Positions 38,147 to 51,060 of a stretch of 64,000 nt of DNA are shown in pieces. This DNA is from Octopus sinensis (taxonomy: Eukaryota). The number at the start of each line of letters is the position of its first letter. Positions within the stretch are counted from its first letter, which is position 1. A program made the translations under genes and the position numbers. Below the pieces are notes generated by a model that did not search any database, was not told the DNA's origin, and saw only the letters and a program-made list of their open reading frames with translations. Location: NCBI RefSeq assembly GCF_006345805.1, contig NC_042997.1, positions 208,196,001 to 208,260,000 on the forward strand, in the 5' to 3' direction.

Positions 38147-38246
38147 NNNNNNNNNNNNNNNNNNNNNNNNNNNNNNNNNNNNNNNNNNNNNNNNNNNNNN
38201 NNNNNNNNNNNNNNNNNNNNNNNNNNNNNNNNNNNNNNNNNNNNNN
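38147..38246. other. Assembly gap of exactly 100 N (scaffold join of unknown true size)
   Basis: Run of 100 n. Confidence 0.99.
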
Positions 38247-38714
38247 AACAAGATGAGGACAAATATCCGTCAAATGTAAATAATGTAAATAATGTAAACA
38301 ATGTACAATTGTTTTGATTTCTCCAATGTGTATCTTCTTTGCCAATATACGTTAGTGAAAGTTAATCACGCACATCCACATACACGCATACACACACATA
38401 TGAATATGTGTTAGTGTGCGATTGAGTTCTGGACAGCTCAAAATCTACCAACAGTGGTTTAGTCTATATGAAACTATGGCAGACAAGCTTTTTAAAAATG
38501 TTACGTTGCAGGTTTTAATCTAGAATCTTTCTGATTGCGAAACGATATCCTCACCAGTCTTTCAAGTTGGGGCAAAATAGACCGAAAGGTGAAATATAAG
38601 AAGTGAAATGTTACCCGAATCAGTTTTCACCAAATAATTCTTTCGTCGCTTCGAAATTTAATTGTTATATAACAGTCTTTCATTGCTTTAGATAGTTCTT
38701 TGTATTTTTACTGG

Positions 38715-39400
38715 ACTCTGCCAATGTCTTTTGAGTTGCAAGTGTAGGGAAGTTGAGGGCAGATCAAGGCAGTGCTCCATACAGGGGTCTGCTTCTCTAT
38801 AATCAAAGGTATCTAGACCAGTCTTTTGATTGTCCCTCCCTTGTTCTCAAGTGGTTGATTATCTTCCACGGAAGCCATGGAGTCTCCGAGCCAGGAGGGT
38901 ACGATTACCATATCAATTGGGAAAGGATTGTTCTCCAGCTTTTCCACCCACAGCTGCAGTCCAGTCTCTTCCCGACATGTTAGGATCTGGACATGACTGA
39001 GGACGCTTCATAACTTTCGTTGGACCAGCGTCGATATCTTTTGAGGAGATGGCGTTCATCACTAGTAATATTCGTTATTTAGATTGTGCTGTCTCTTTCT
39101 TGTCTGATTTCAGCTGGGGCAGTGCCAGCGTAAAGGGACTGGTACTTTGTGTCGGCTTCTTCCATGCAAATAGTGATCAGGTGACAGATGTTAGTCAACA
39201 GTGGGGGAAGTTTCTAGTCATCGAAGAATAAAACAAGGTCAGAGCTGTAGATCTTAATCTATAAGCAGTAGCACCCTGTTTGGAGCAGACTAGTTTTCGT
39301 AGGATGTTGCTTCGGGACCAACTTTCAGTTTGGTGCTTTTGGCGGGCAGCGTAAAGGAGAGAGTGTAATCCAAGGTGGACATGGTGAGTGCAGGTTTTTT
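38715..39400 (-). mobile_element. Degenerate Ingi/Vingi-like LINE 3' region
   Basis: With frameshifts the minus strand reads TLSFTLPAKSTKLKV / RSNILRKLVCSKQGATAYRLRSTALTL / INHLRT.EG.SK…CPQLP. Confidence 0.6.
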
Positions 39401-39940
39401 CCCAACTGTAAACTAGAATTTCAACTGAATAAGGTACATGAAGCATTACAAAAGAAATATGAAGAAAACAAATTCAAAAACTTTTAAGAAAAACATGAAA
39501 TAAAAATATCTTTGCAAAATGATGAAACAATCTCTAGATTTCTTTTTTTCTTTTCTCTTTTATACGTTTCATTCATTAGACTGTGGTCATGCTGGGGCAC
39601 CACTTTGAAGAATTTCAATCGAACGAATCGACTTCAGCACTTATATTTTTAATTCTGGTACTTCTTCAATCAGTTTCTTTTGTCGAACTGCTATGTTACA
39701 GGCACGTGAATACGCCCAAACCGGTTGTCAAGGGGTGAAACAAACACAGATACAGTGACACACATAGATATATACATACATATATACATACATTCATGCA
39801 TACATGCAGGCATATATATATATATATATAATATATATAATTAATCAATATAGGGAGGCAAAAAAAATTTTGTAGAATTCTTTTGCCCCCAGCGGCCTAG
39901 TGGGAAAAAATTAAATAGTCGTAAACCATTTCTAAGTTCA

Positions 39941-40170
39941 ATATCACAATCAAGGAACGGCCATAATAGGCCATTCACCCACTAGAAATAACAGCAAAAA
40001 GCTTCAACCGCAAAATAACATTAATTCCGTAAATCAGGAGAAAAAGGAATTTCAGGGTAAATGTTTTTTAATTTTCTCCTGATTTACGGAATTAATGTTA
40101 TTTGCGGTTGAAGCTTTTGGCTGTTATTTCTAGTGGGTGAATGGCCTATTATGGCCGTTCCTTGATTGTG

Positions 40171-40174
<4 letters not shown>
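39941..40174. repeat. Foldback element: about 103-bp near-perfect inverted arms (39941-40044 and 40072-40174) with an approximately 27-nt loop
   Basis: atatcacaatcaaggaacggccataataggcc…tcaggagaaaa is followed by its reverse complement. Confidence 0.9.
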
Positions 40175-40205
<31 letters not shown>

Positions 40206-41006
40206 ATATATAATATATATATATATACATATATATTTACATATATACATACTTACATACACGTGTGTTTACGTCCCCGTAACTTCTATCGGCAAAAGAG
40301 ACCGATAGAATAAGTACTAGGCTTACAATGAATAAGTCCTGGGGTCGATTTGCTCGACTAAAGGCGGTGTTCCAGCATGGCCGTAGTCAAATGACTGAAG
40401 CAAGTGAAAGAGTAAATAAAGTGAAAGGTTTCAGCAACTGAAGTTTACGGAAGGACGTCAAGGAAATAAAATGTCAACTGTGAAGAAATCAATAGAAAAC
40501 CGAGGACGAATACGGAATAAAAGAATTGTAAGATAAAAGTATTGTTGAATGAAAAGATAGATTGTGTTAAAATTGAGCATCGTTATAATAAAGTGAAATA
40601 TCATATCAACTGTAAGGGAATCAAAACAAAACTGATGAGGAATTCGGAATAAAAACTGGAAAGATAAAAGTAAAGTAGAATGAGAATAGAAGTCGTTGAT
40701 AAAATTGCGTCATGTAACGAAATGAAATAAATATTATTTAAGAAGAGGGAAACGTAAGGAGGTTAGTAAAGGTATTGGATTGGAAAGTGTAGTAATTCTA
40801 ACTGGAGACTTTTACAAGACATATTTCCCAATGATTAGCGGGTGAGTTATCGTGGACAACGGCAGTGAGTATTGTTTTATATAGGCAGATAAGTGAAAGG
40901 GATTTGAAGTGAGTGCAGCACTGACATAGGTCTAAGAGAAACTAAGGACCAGTTTTATAACGGATTATATATATATATAGGTGTATGTGTGTGTGAGTGT
41001 GTGTGC

Positions 41007-41142
<136 letters not shown>

Positions 41143-41186
41143 CAATAAATGGTGGGGTTGTGTTGACCGCACGTGCAGAAATGATA

Positions 41187-41421
41187 GGTGAGGAAAAATT
41201 CTAAAAAGGCAGAATGCTAAATTGAAGGTAAATTTTAATAAAAATGGGTGTATGGAAAATTTTGAAAATTAAAGAAATATATAATATTTAATATATATAT
41301 AATATATAATGATATATATAATATATAATATTTTTTTAATTTTTAAAATTTTCCATACACCCATTTTTATTAAAATTTACCTTCAATTTAGCATTCTGCC
41401 TTTTATAATTTTTCTTTACCT
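41187..41421. repeat. Foldback with about 95-bp arms around an AT microsatellite
   Basis: aggtgaggaaaaattctaaaaaggcagaatgctaaattgaagg…gtatggaaaatttt pairs with aaaattttccatacaccc…gcattctgcc…tttctttacct. Confidence 0.85.
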
Positions 41422-41499
41422 ATATATATATATAATATATAATATATATATATATATATAAGTAAATAAAAGGAGTTGAACGCTGATGTTATTCAAATT

Positions 41500-41595
41500 C
41501 TTTTACTTTCGACATGTTTCGAAGACAACATTGGTTTTATTCCAAAGAAATAAACGGTGTAAAACGATGTAATCTTCTCATCAGGAAAGAAAGAG
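41500..41595 (-). ncRNA. Type I hammerhead ribozyme in a Penelope-like terminal repeat
   Basis: Minus strand ctctttctttc-CTGATGA-Gaagattacat…atgttgtcttC-GAAA-cATg-TC|-gaaagtaaaag. The core is intact. Stem I is CTTTC/GAAAG plus extension, stem II is long, and stem III is the minimal palindrome ACAUGU. Predicted GUC cleavage lies between 41511 and 41510. Confidence 0.75.
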
Positions 41596-41859
41596 TACCC
41601 ATCTTAACAGGACATTATAACAATTTTGATGACTGCATAAATGATAAACAGAACGCTATTAAGTATTTAAAAAAATAACCGTTAGTAGATTTGACATCAA
41701 AGGTAGACAATAGAGAAAGAAGGGGAAAAGAAATAATAGGTAGAGAACGAATAAAGGAGAAATATAGAGGGATATGTTGGTTGAAAAAATGTTCAAAGGC
41801 TTGGAAGTAGATTTCTCTATTGAACTAAAGTGCCAAGTGAACTAAATGTTCAGACTAAG

Positions 41860-42040
41860 TTAGATTGGTTCATCCTATCCATATCTTTCCCTTATGATAA
41901 CGGTAAAGGATTATGTAACATTTGCAACTCTGAACTCTTCCATATTCTCTTCTCTAAGAATCACCTTGTTAACACACTTATAGAGCGATCTTACAAATGT
42001 AAGCACTGGCAGAAACATCCCTTTAGCTCATATAAGTGAT
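41860..42040 (+). mobile_element. Penelope-like endonuclease C-terminus fragment
   Basis: GKGLCNICNSELFHILFSKNHLVNTLIERSYKCKHWQK matches the C.LC..E...I…LN…E….C.H tail also seen at about 33800-33900. Confidence 0.65.
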
Positions 42041-42081
42041 TTATACCAATCTGTATAATTTGAACATTTAGTTCACCTTGC

Positions 42082-42420
42082 ACTTTGGTTACTATGGAAA
42101 CAAAGTTTTCTGCAAACAGTCATGGATACGTGGTGGTTACATTCTTTGGTTACTATGGAAACAGAATTCTTTGCTTACTCCGCTAACAGAACTCCACGGT
42201 GAGGTGTAAAATACTGGCTTCTGATTGGCTAACATACACCAAATTTTGCAAACTTTAAAGGCTAATTACTTTTTAATTATATATTTATAGGGAAAATGAT
42301 TTTCAGCTTCATAATTAGTAGACCAAACTTAATCCATAGACAAAATTTGAAAACAATTGGAACAAACAACAGAAACTTTATCAACAAAATCTTATATGGA
42401 CCCCAGGAGTTAGCTCAAAC
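42082..42420 (+). mobile_element. Copy of a non-autonomous (hAT-like?) element; inverted homolog at 49548-50030
   Basis: Colinear similarity to the reverse complement of about 49620-49975, including two gttactatggaaac motifs and ctgattggct. Confidence 0.7.
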
Positions 42421-42629
42421 AAGAACAAAGAGAAAACACAACAACGCGAGGACGTGGAATAAGTATAGGGTTATTGGACACTCAGGAAAGGAAAGAAATA
42501 AGGAGGATTTAACGTTTCGATCGGAACTCTTCATCAGATATATAGAGAAGGGAAAGATCCAAGGAAGGCAAGACGGAGAAAGAAAATCGCCAGCGATACA
42601 CATGCGATCATATATATGTATACAAATAT

Positions 42630-42687
<58 letters not shown>

Positions 42688-42890
42688 ATATATACATATA
42701 TATATAGTGGGGCAGTGTGTGGTAAGAAGTTTGCTTCCCTTCCGTAGGATCTCCATTTCAGTCCCACATCAGCGTCATCATCCTCTTCCTCATCAACACC
42801 AACACTACCACCAATATCAACAACAAAACCACCATCACACTCATCATCATCACCATCACCATCGTCATCACCACCATCATCATCATCATC

Positions 42891-42936
<46 letters not shown>

Positions 42937-43675
42937 CCACCACCATCATCATCATCATCATCACAGTCATCATCATCACCATCATCATCATCATCACATT
43001 CTTCATCGCCTACACCACCGATGTCAGTATGTATATTGTTATTTGTTGCTGTTCTCTCGTGCCTAAACGGTTTTATTGTTTCACCGTTAATTAGTGCCAA
43101 CTCCGCTGGAGGGGGTGGCGAAGTGGAAAGGGACAAGTGGAGGGGGAAGGGGGCGAAGTGCCTTTCATTATTTTTTGTCCAATAAACATTCTCCCGATTG
43201 TACCTTCTGTAAAATCTTTCTTTCTCTCTTTATCTCTATCCCCACTCCACCGCCACCCCTCTCTCTACAAAGTCAACCTCCACCGCCGCCCCCTCTCTCT
43301 CCAAAATCCTCCTCCACCGCCGCCCGCTCTCTCTCCAAAGTCCCCCCTCCAGTACAAACCACCTCACCGCATCACGCCGTGTGTTTTAATCCAGGGTTTT
43401 CTATAATTACCTGAATTATACCTTATACAAGAAACATATTGAGAAACAAGAACAACAACTACTACTGCTGCTGCTGCTACTACTACTACTACTACTACTA
43501 CCACTGCTACTACTGCTACTACTGCTACTACTAGTACTACTACTACTACTACTTCATGATCCGCGAAAATTGTGTCAACAGACATAAGTTAGTCAAGGTA
43601 GGTGAGAAAAAGGCCCCACGGCTGGTACAACCAACACCACTACCAACAACAACATCAATACACTCCTACTACTAT

Positions 43676-43736
<61 letters not shown>

Positions 43737-43758
43737 GCTGCTGCAGCTGCTGCTGCTG

Positions 43759-43801
<43 letters not shown>

Positions 43802-43988
43802 AGTTGCTGCTGCTTCTTCTTCTACTGCTGCGTAATACGTTGGTGAATGTCATGTCGAAAAAAGAAAAGACCCGCCTCACTAAATAAAGCACCTAAGCAT
43901 AAGTAAACACTTCTTCTCAAACAACATGACGACAGCAACAGCAGCAACGGCAAGAACAACAAGAGCAGCAATAATAATAATAATATTG

Positions 43989-44034
<46 letters not shown>

Positions 44035-44065
44035 CAACAACCACAACAACAACAACAACAACAAC

Positions 44066-44103
<38 letters not shown>

Positions 44104-44194
44104 TAATACTAATAATATTAATAATAATAATAACAACAGCAACAACAACAACAACAACAACAATAATAATAACAACCACAACCACAACAACAAC

Positions 44195-44238
<44 letters not shown>

Positions 44239-44299
44239 TAATACTAATAATATTAATAATAATAATAATAATGATAATAATAATGATAATAATAATAAT

Positions 44300-44381
<82 letters not shown>

Positions 44382-44428
44382 TAATACTAATAATATTAAT
44401 AATAATAATAATAATGATAATAATAATG

Positions 44429-44530
<102 letters not shown>

Positions 44531-44784
44531 TAATAATGATAGCACAACAATAACACCATCAATAAAATAACAACAGCAATAACATAAACATCAGCAACGA
44601 GAGTAAACAATAACAGACATTTCTGTTCTAATAACATTTCCAAAAATCGTTCTGTGATAATAATTGTGGAATATCTTCAGACTAAGATAGCAATAATTTG
44701 GTGGAAGATTTTAAAACTAATTAAGACTGGTTATTGTGGTTGTGCTTGTTGTTGGCGTTGTTCCTGTGGTTGGTGTTATTTCCG

Positions 44785-44828
<44 letters not shown>

Positions 44829-45210
44829 CTTCTTCTTCTTCTTCTTCTTCTTCTTCTTCTTCTTCATTATCATCATCATCACCTTTGGAAATTTTATATC
44901 AAAATACAACACATGAAATCTTAGTAATATAGTAATTATATCACTAGATATTGAACATAAAATTTAATTACTATACACACACACACACACACACACATAC
45001 AGAAATTAAAGTAGAAAAGACCCCACACCTTTCAAACGGTACCTGGACAAATTCCTCCAGTAAATACAGAATAAACCACCCACACCTGGATACGTCTCAG
45101 CCAACTACAACTTTCTGCTTGAGTGGTCCATGGTGTCCCGAAATAATTAACTAAAAGACTTTTTCAGGTGGTGCTATTGAGTTAGTCATATATATATATA
45201 TGTATATATG

Positions 45211-45294
<84 letters not shown>

Positions 45295-45304
45295 CCTAAA
45301 AAAA

Positions 45305-46280
45305 AAATGTTTTAGCCCGAAGGCCGCGGCCATGCTGGGGCACCACCGCTGAATGAGCTACACTAGTTTGTGAATCCACCTCTGATAACGTGGCACTTGA
45401 TCAACAAGGGAGTTCGATGCTGCTGCCCGCATCCGCGTCTCCTGTCGTGAGGTAGGTTCATCTGGGACTCCCAACAAGAAGAGATCCAGTTTAGTTTTAA
45501 AGAAACCCACATCCACACCATGTAAGTCTCAGGCATTTAGGGAGGATGTTAAAGAGCTGTGGTCCTCTGAAACCAAGCTGTTGCAGTATCTGGACCTGTA
45601 TTTTGATGGTGATGTTGGAATCCTTGGCACCACGCAGCGGCGCCCAGTTCTGCGGTTGGAGTAACTTTGAATGCCAAAGTTTGGGACAAGACCCTCCAGG
45701 ATTTTCCAAATGTATATCACTGCATATCTCTCCCGCCTCCGCTCTAGGGAGAAGAGCTTTAATACCTTCAGTCTTTCCCAGTAGCTGATATTTTGCATTG
45801 AGACGATTTTCTTTGTGTAGCTTCTCTGAATTGCTTCGAGTTCTGCTGTTTGATTTATATTGTGTGGTGACCAAAGTTGGGAGCAGTAGTCAAGCGGCTG
45901 AGGACGAATGTTTTCCATAGGACCATCAGTGTCTCCTTCTCTCTTGTTCTGAAGTTCGGAGAATCCTCCAGCTAGCCGTCTGCATTTTATCACCAGATTA
46001 GCAATATGCATTTGGAAAGATGCATCATTGCTCATGTCATGCCCAGGTCACGCACTGATTTTGACTCAGGGATTGCAATTCTTCCTGGGCCAGTGTATCC
46101 AGTCTTCACGTCATTTACCTTTGTGTGCCAATAGCGCAGGGCCTGGAACTTACCTGCATTAAACTGCATGTTGTTGTCCTCAGCCCACCTTATATTGTGT
46201 CCAGCTCATGTTGCAGATGCGCAATATTTTCAGGGTTTTGTATTGCGTGGGAGACTTTTGAGTCATCTGCATAGCTACCA
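45305..46280 (-). mobile_element. CR1-clade LINE 3' fragment with intact 3' tail
   Basis: YADDSKV, MQFNAGKF, LDYCSQLWSP, LEAIQRSYTKKI, YWERLKVLKLFSLERRRERY and RGPQLFNILP; tail …ggtgccccagcatggccgcggccttcgggctaaaaca. Confidence 0.92.
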
Positions 46281-46626
46281 TATATATATGTATATATATA
46301 ATATATATATATATATGTATATATATATATTATATATATAATATATATATATAATATATATATTATATATTATATATATATATATATATATATGCTCCAG
46401 CATGGCCACAGTCAAATGACTGAAACAAGTAAAGGAGTATATATATATATATATAATATATATATATTATATATATATATGTATATATGTTATATGTAGA
46501 AAAATGCAAACTGGGACAAGAACGTAAAACATTTAGAAGACGATACAAAAAAACACGGACGGGACATTCGAAGCCTTCAATCTTCAGTCAAGAACCGGAT
46601 CATCTTCGCAATTTCGGCTATAATAT

Positions 46627-46716
46627 AGTAATCCTTCGCCACATCGCGGTTCACCTATCGCGGGGGTGGAGGTTGGGGGTTGGAACGTAACACCCACCAC
46701 AGTCGAGGGATTGCTG
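46627..46716. mobile_element. About 90-bp Tigger/pogo-type mini-MITE
   Basis: The left end tagtaatccttcgccacatcgcggt and right end cgagggattgctg|ta resemble the TIRs of the 51631-53489 Tigger. Confidence 0.55.
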
Positions 46717-46720
46717 TATG

Positions 46721-46768
<48 letters not shown>

Positions 46769-46919
46769 CATATATACCTATATATATATATATATACACA
46801 CATATATATACATGTATATAATATTGTAATATATATTATAGACCTGTATATTTCCCATCTGCGTTAGCACATTCAGCCACTTATAATTTGTATTAGCTCC
46901 GTGAACGATGATGGTGTTA

Positions 46920-46974
<55 letters not shown>

Positions 46975-46992
46975 TGACGATGATGATGATGG

Positions 46993-47034
<42 letters not shown>

Positions 47035-47044
47035 CGACGTTGAC

Positions 47045-47080
<36 letters not shown>

Positions 47081-47236
47081 CCATATGTTTTTGTTTGGTA
47101 GTTATTTAAATATTTTCAGTTTAAAGAGAAAAAATTTCGTTTTTTAATTGACGAAACAAACTATCCCAATGAAAACAAAAATAAGCGAAGACACATTTCT
47201 CATATTATTATCATTATTATTATTATTATTATTATT

Positions 47237-47277
<41 letters not shown>

Positions 47278-47904
47278 CAACCTTCAATGTTTTATCATAT
47301 TGTTGTTGATGATGATAATGCCGATGTTGCTATTGGTTTCAGGTTATTTGTTGATGTTGTTTTTACCTAGTTTTTAAATTTCATAAATTCAAAGAAAATA
47401 TGTTTAATATATGTTTTTTTTTAATAATATATATTTGAATTTTTTCTTTTCTTTTTTTTTTCTAATTAGCGGTGCATTAGCAAATATTATGTCAAAAGGC
47501 TATAAAACTAATTACCATGTTTAGTATATTCTTGATTTCAACGAAAAAAGTGACAAGCATTAAAAATAATATAGATAAAGCAATTAGTTTTAATATCTTG
47601 AGAAAAAAAATGTCCACAAATTCTTCAAATTTTGAAGAAACGGTGAAAATTTAAATAATTTCTACAATTTCTGTTTGTATATATCTAAAAAAAAATGTTT
47701 CATTTTTCTATAAAGCTTGAAGAATATTTAATTTTTTGTTTTATTATTGTATATAAATATTTAGTTCAAATCCCTCTGTAGTCGATTTGACTTATAGCCT
47801 TCCGGGGACGATGTAATTAAGTTTAGTGCTGGCGCCTTTAAACCGACTGAGCCTTCTTGCTTAAATGAAGCCAATATTGCTTATGTTAAAACAATCCTCA
47901 TTCA

Positions 47905-48164
47905 GGCACTGGCGTGGCTGTGTAGTAAAAACCTTGCTTCCCAATTCACATGATTCCGAGTTCAGTCCCAGTGTATGGCACCTTGGGCTTCTATAGCCAC
48001 GGACCGACCAAAGCCTTGTGAGTGGATTTGGTAGACGGAAAGATAAAGAAGCCCGTCGAATATATATATATATATATATATCGTCTTCCAAGTGTTTTGC
48101 GTTCTTGTCCCAGTTTGTATTTTTCTACATATAATAATAATATATATATATATGTATGTATGTA

Positions 48165-48206
<42 letters not shown>

Positions 48207-48240
48207 ACATATATATATGTACGACGGGCTTCTATATATA

Positions 48241-48311
<71 letters not shown>

Positions 48312-48545
48312 ATATACCTATGTCTGTGTCGTTGTGTTTGTGTTTGTCCCTCTCTCCATTACCGCTTGACAACCGATGATGGTGTGTTTACGTCCCCGTC
48401 ACTTAGCAGTTCTGCAAAACAGACCGATAGAATATGTGCCGGGCTTAAAAAGAAAGTACTGGGGTCGGTTCATTCGACTAAAAAAAAATTCAAGGCGTTG
48501 CCCCAGCATGGCCGCAGTCTAATGACTGAAACAAGAAAAGGATGA
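47905..48545 (+). mobile_element. Composite SINE: CORE-like head, microsatellite, shared junction domain and CR1-type tail
   Basis: Head ggcgtggctgtgtag; then …gatagaatatgtgc…ggggtcgg…tcgact… and tail gccccagcatggccgcagtctaatgactgaaacaag. Further copies or fragments at about 39570-39760(-), 40255-40415(+), 54545-54970(-), 55415-55810(-) and 62800-63190(-). Confidence 0.85.
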
Positions 48546-48766
48546 GAGAGAGCAGATACATAATCCTTCGAGTTCAATCACTCCATAGTTCGAATTTGTT
48601 TCCATATTACAGAACCAGTCAAGGCGGTGAGATGGAAGACTCGTTAGCACGCCGGATGAAATACTTAGCGGTATTTTCTCCGTCTTTATTCCCTTTCCCA
48701 TAAGATTTCAGGCCTCGTGCCTAGTGTAGAAAGGATACTGTAGCGTCTGTAAACTACATATCAATT

Positions 48767-49161
48767 ACTAGCAGTATCGCCCGTCGTTGCTCGGGTTTGT
48801 TAGGGAAATAACTATATAAGCATTTTTAGAGATGTAAAGTATAATAGCCATCTCAATATAGCTAACCACAAGGGAGGGTGTTACTGTAGCTTTTTACGTT
48901 CTGAGATTTAATAAAACATTTTTAGAGAGTTACTTCCCTTATATAATAGCAAAAATGCATTAAAAATGGGAAAAAATGATGGTAATTTTTTTTTTAAATC
49001 GTAGACTCATCGTAGACTCATGCTAATACCCAGAAGGGCTCGATATGAATCACGACTATAAGATATTTGCTTTTGGTTAAACTGCACCGCAAAATGTGGG
49101 AGTAGTTAGGAATCTAAATCGTAGGAGACAGACACACAACTTCACTTTTATATATAAAGAT
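48767..49161 (+). mobile_element. Helentron/DINE-1-like non-autonomous element
   Basis: Starts actagcagtatcgcccgtcgttgctcggg (subterminal inverted repeat) and ends gagacagacacacaacttcacttttatatataaagat. Confidence 0.6.
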
Positions 49162-49547
49162 ATTCAGTGTTATAATTTTGCAGAGTACGCATTTGTGATA
49201 TTACATATTAAACAAATCTAAGAAGCCGTTAATATGTTTGTGTGTGTGTTTGATCAGCATGATCCCACCTCGCTGACTCGAACCAGGGAGTGTGAAACTG
49301 TTTTTATCTCTAGTTGTATGTTTCTGAACATGATAAGAATTTGAAAACTGCGAGAGATATGTAACAAATCGTTTGTTTACGATCTTTTTCATATCCGTCT
49401 TATGAAGTAAACAAACACCAAATTCTCGTTCGCCGCTCAGAAATGATTCATTTCACAAGTTTTACGTTTCTTGTGATATTAGAAATGGTTTCTTCTTAAT
49501 TTCTAGATTTGAATATAACTACGACTTTCGCGTACAACGCTTAACAC

Positions 49548-50030
49548 CAGAGGTTCTCCACCAGGGTCCATGAGGGGCCTCGTGGGTCCATGTGTTCCTT
49601 GGGAGTCAACGTGACCCCTGGGGTCCATATAAGGTTTTGTTGATAAAGTTTCTGTTATTTTTGCAATTTGAAACACTATCTCCATTTTTGTTCCAATTGG
49701 TTTCAAATTTTGTTTATAGATTAAATTTGATCTACTAATTATGAAAATGAAAATCATTTTCCCTATTAATATATAATTTAAAAGTAATTAGCCTTTAATA
49801 TTTTAAAAAAAATTTGGTGTGTTTTAGCCAATCAGAAATCAGTATTTTACACATCACCGTGGAGTTCTGTTAGCAGAGTAAGCAAAGAACTCTGTTTCCA
49901 TAGTAACCAAGGAGTGTAACCACCACGCATTCCATGACTGTTTGCAAAAAAAATCTGTTTCCATAGTAACCAAAGACGCTGCGCATGCGCACAAGGAGTG
50001 TAACCACCACGTGTTCCATCATTGAGGAAA
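49548..50030 (-). mobile_element. hAT-like non-autonomous element carrying RFX, CCAAT and NRF1-like motifs
   Basis: End cagaggttctccaccagggtccat resembles Charlie-type termini. Homologous to 42082-42420. Confidence 0.55.
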
Positions 50031-50614
50031 TGATCTCAATCTGTTTTCGTACGGAAGAACTGGGTGTGGATCCGAGCACAGCTGTTCATTACAACAATTT
50101 TTCTGGAATAAATGAATAACAATTTCGGATTCAGCGTCATAATTTACATGCATACGCTACATTAAAAGAAAAAAGATTCTTTAAAGATTTCGACATGCAG
50201 TGGCTCAAAACAGAAACATCCAGGTTCTGTACAATAAACTGGATAAGCTTCTCATCTCATCTCAACTAGGAGGCCCCTTTTCAGGGGTTTCGGTTGCGCA
50301 TACTATAGGAGTCACAGGACGCTGCTCCATGTGGTCCCGCAGTTTCCATCAAACTAGGAATATTAGGATCTCGTCCATTGTCTTGTATTCAAGATCCTCT
50401 GCATGACATCCTGCTAGTTCAAAGCCAGGAATCTGATCTGTTGGGTCCTGCCGATAACTAAATCCACGCCCTGCTGTCGACGCTTCGATTTACTGTCGTT
50501 AAGGTTTTGTCTGTCTCCTACCCTTCGACCTGTCTGGCCTGGTAAGACCTGCCCGAAGATTTCTCTCCCTCCAGCATATCTCTCCGGGTCAATGGAACAC
50601 ACAGGCACTTCACT

Positions 50615-51060
50615 GCGACAAGGTACTTCAAAGCCACAGTCGAACCATTTCTACTATATGGCTCAGATACCTGGATGTTATCAAAGAAGCTTGAGAGGCG
50701 GTTGGATGGAACCTACACTCGCCTCCTTATGAGAGTTCAAAATCTCTTGAGGAAGCGCCATCCAACCAAAATGCAAATATATGGGAAACTACCACCTGTG
50801 TCATCTCTTGTGAAGGTAAGAGAGTCCAGTTTGCTGGACATTGTTGTAGAGATGAAAAAGAGGTAATTTCTACTCTTCTCCTCTGGAAGCCATCTACTCG
50901 CAATACCAGAGGGTGCACACTCTCCTACCCTGATGTAATCTCCAGGGATACAGGCATCCAGCAACAGGACCTCCGTAATGCCATGATGGACCGTGAAGTC
51001 TGGCGTAGCATGGTAAATTCCATTGTTCGACCACGGTCGAACAATGATGATGACTTGTTG
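50615..51060 (+). mobile_element. RTE/RTE-X-like LINE 3' fragment
   Basis: LLYGSDTW, KKLERRLDGTYTRLLMRV, QFAGHC and SYPDVISRDTGI…MMDREVWRSMV; ends in (gat)n. Confidence 0.8.

Noticed and set aside
40630-40655. CTGATGAGgaattcGGAA as a hammerhead
   Set aside because: No CGAAA or stems. It is a variant of a local 135-bp duplication whose other copy lacks the motif.
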